A stretch of 64,000 bases of DNA from positions 1 through 64,000 of the IMG/VR virus record IMGVR_UViG_3300031760_000024, one strand, 5' to 3'. Within the stretch, counting starts at the first letter, position 1; each line of letters opens with the position of its first letter. Position numbers and translations under genes: made by a program. The notes below the pieces were generated by a model. It was given only the letters and a program-made list of their open reading frames with translations, did not search any database and was not told where the DNA came from. This document shows, piece by piece, positions 63,601 through 64,000 of the stretch. This DNA is from a virus. Taxonomy: Duplodnaviria; Caudoviricetes.

Positions 63601-64000
63601 AATTGTTGTACGTTAATAGGAGAGTATCGATCAATTAATGTCTGCATACCACCCGGCAAATTCAAAACATTATTTATAGATGCGAACAATAAATCTTCAT
63701 TGCCAGCTCTTCCAACAACTCCTTCATACATTTGTTGATATTTTGTATAGACGCCTCTTTGATAATTATTAACTTTATTTGCCATTTGCATGGCATCAAC
63801 ATTAGATATACTATTAATACGTTGATTTGTTTCATCTAACTTCTTTAAAAGAGTATCTATACTTTGTATGATACTAATGAATCCATTGTTATCATCAACT
63901 GAACCTAATGTATTTTTAATTGATTCTAAATGTTGAGCAATTTCAGACAACATGGTATTAAACTGAGAAACCACTGATGGATCAAATACCCCATTAGCGC
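54629..64000 (-). CDS. tape measure protein (5'-partial; exons >64000-61303 and 61025-54629)
   Basis: TMP motifs IKDLDTQLVDLRK, AAAWSRL|GYS, AGKRGG; frame stays open to the window edge; about 3000 aa after splicing. Confidence 0.9.
61026..61302 (-). mobile_element. ORF-less group I intron in the tape measure gene (277 nt)
   Basis: 5' exon ends in U, P1 GGCU/GGCC with U:G, P4 CAUG/CAUG, P7 GACCA/UGGUC, terminal G; splicing gives CT+A = Leu in WSRLGYS. Confidence 0.88.

Noticed and set aside
1-64000. Stop-codon reassignment
   Set aside because: Long conserved genes are intact under code 11 and no suppressor tRNA was seen

Overview
The window is part of a large, AT-rich, SPbeta-like temperate siphophage, probably of a Bacillota (Clostridia/Lachnospiraceae-like) host. 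It uses the standard genetic code. The + strand (1-34.4 kb) carries small accessory ORFs, a Mom-like DNA-modification gene and a SroE/SroF(MrpR)-like repressor pair. It also has 7 tRNAs, replication and recombination genes (Sak4-like ATPase, SSB, helicase, Cas4-like nuclease, primase, DnaE) and nucleotide metabolism genes (thyX, dNMP kinase, nucleotidase, nrdD with an HNH group I intron, dut). A sugar dehydrogenase/glycosyltransferase pair and an xis-attP-int module close this arm. The - strand (34.5-64 kb) carries the endolysin, a modular tail-fibre cluster, Tal, Dit and a >3000 aa tape measure gene split by an ORF-less group I intron. The attP is intact, so this is the non-integrated form. 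Most notable: (1) attP carries the 5' half of tRNA-Trp behind a phage promoter (reversed-orientation integration); (2) an 18-bp palindrome ATNAAA-N6-TTTNAT recurs at accessory-gene boundaries and looks like a cassette recombination site; (3) the tape measure intron; (4) several unexplained operator arrays and structured RNAs. All family assignments come from motif recognition by eye; no database searches were run.
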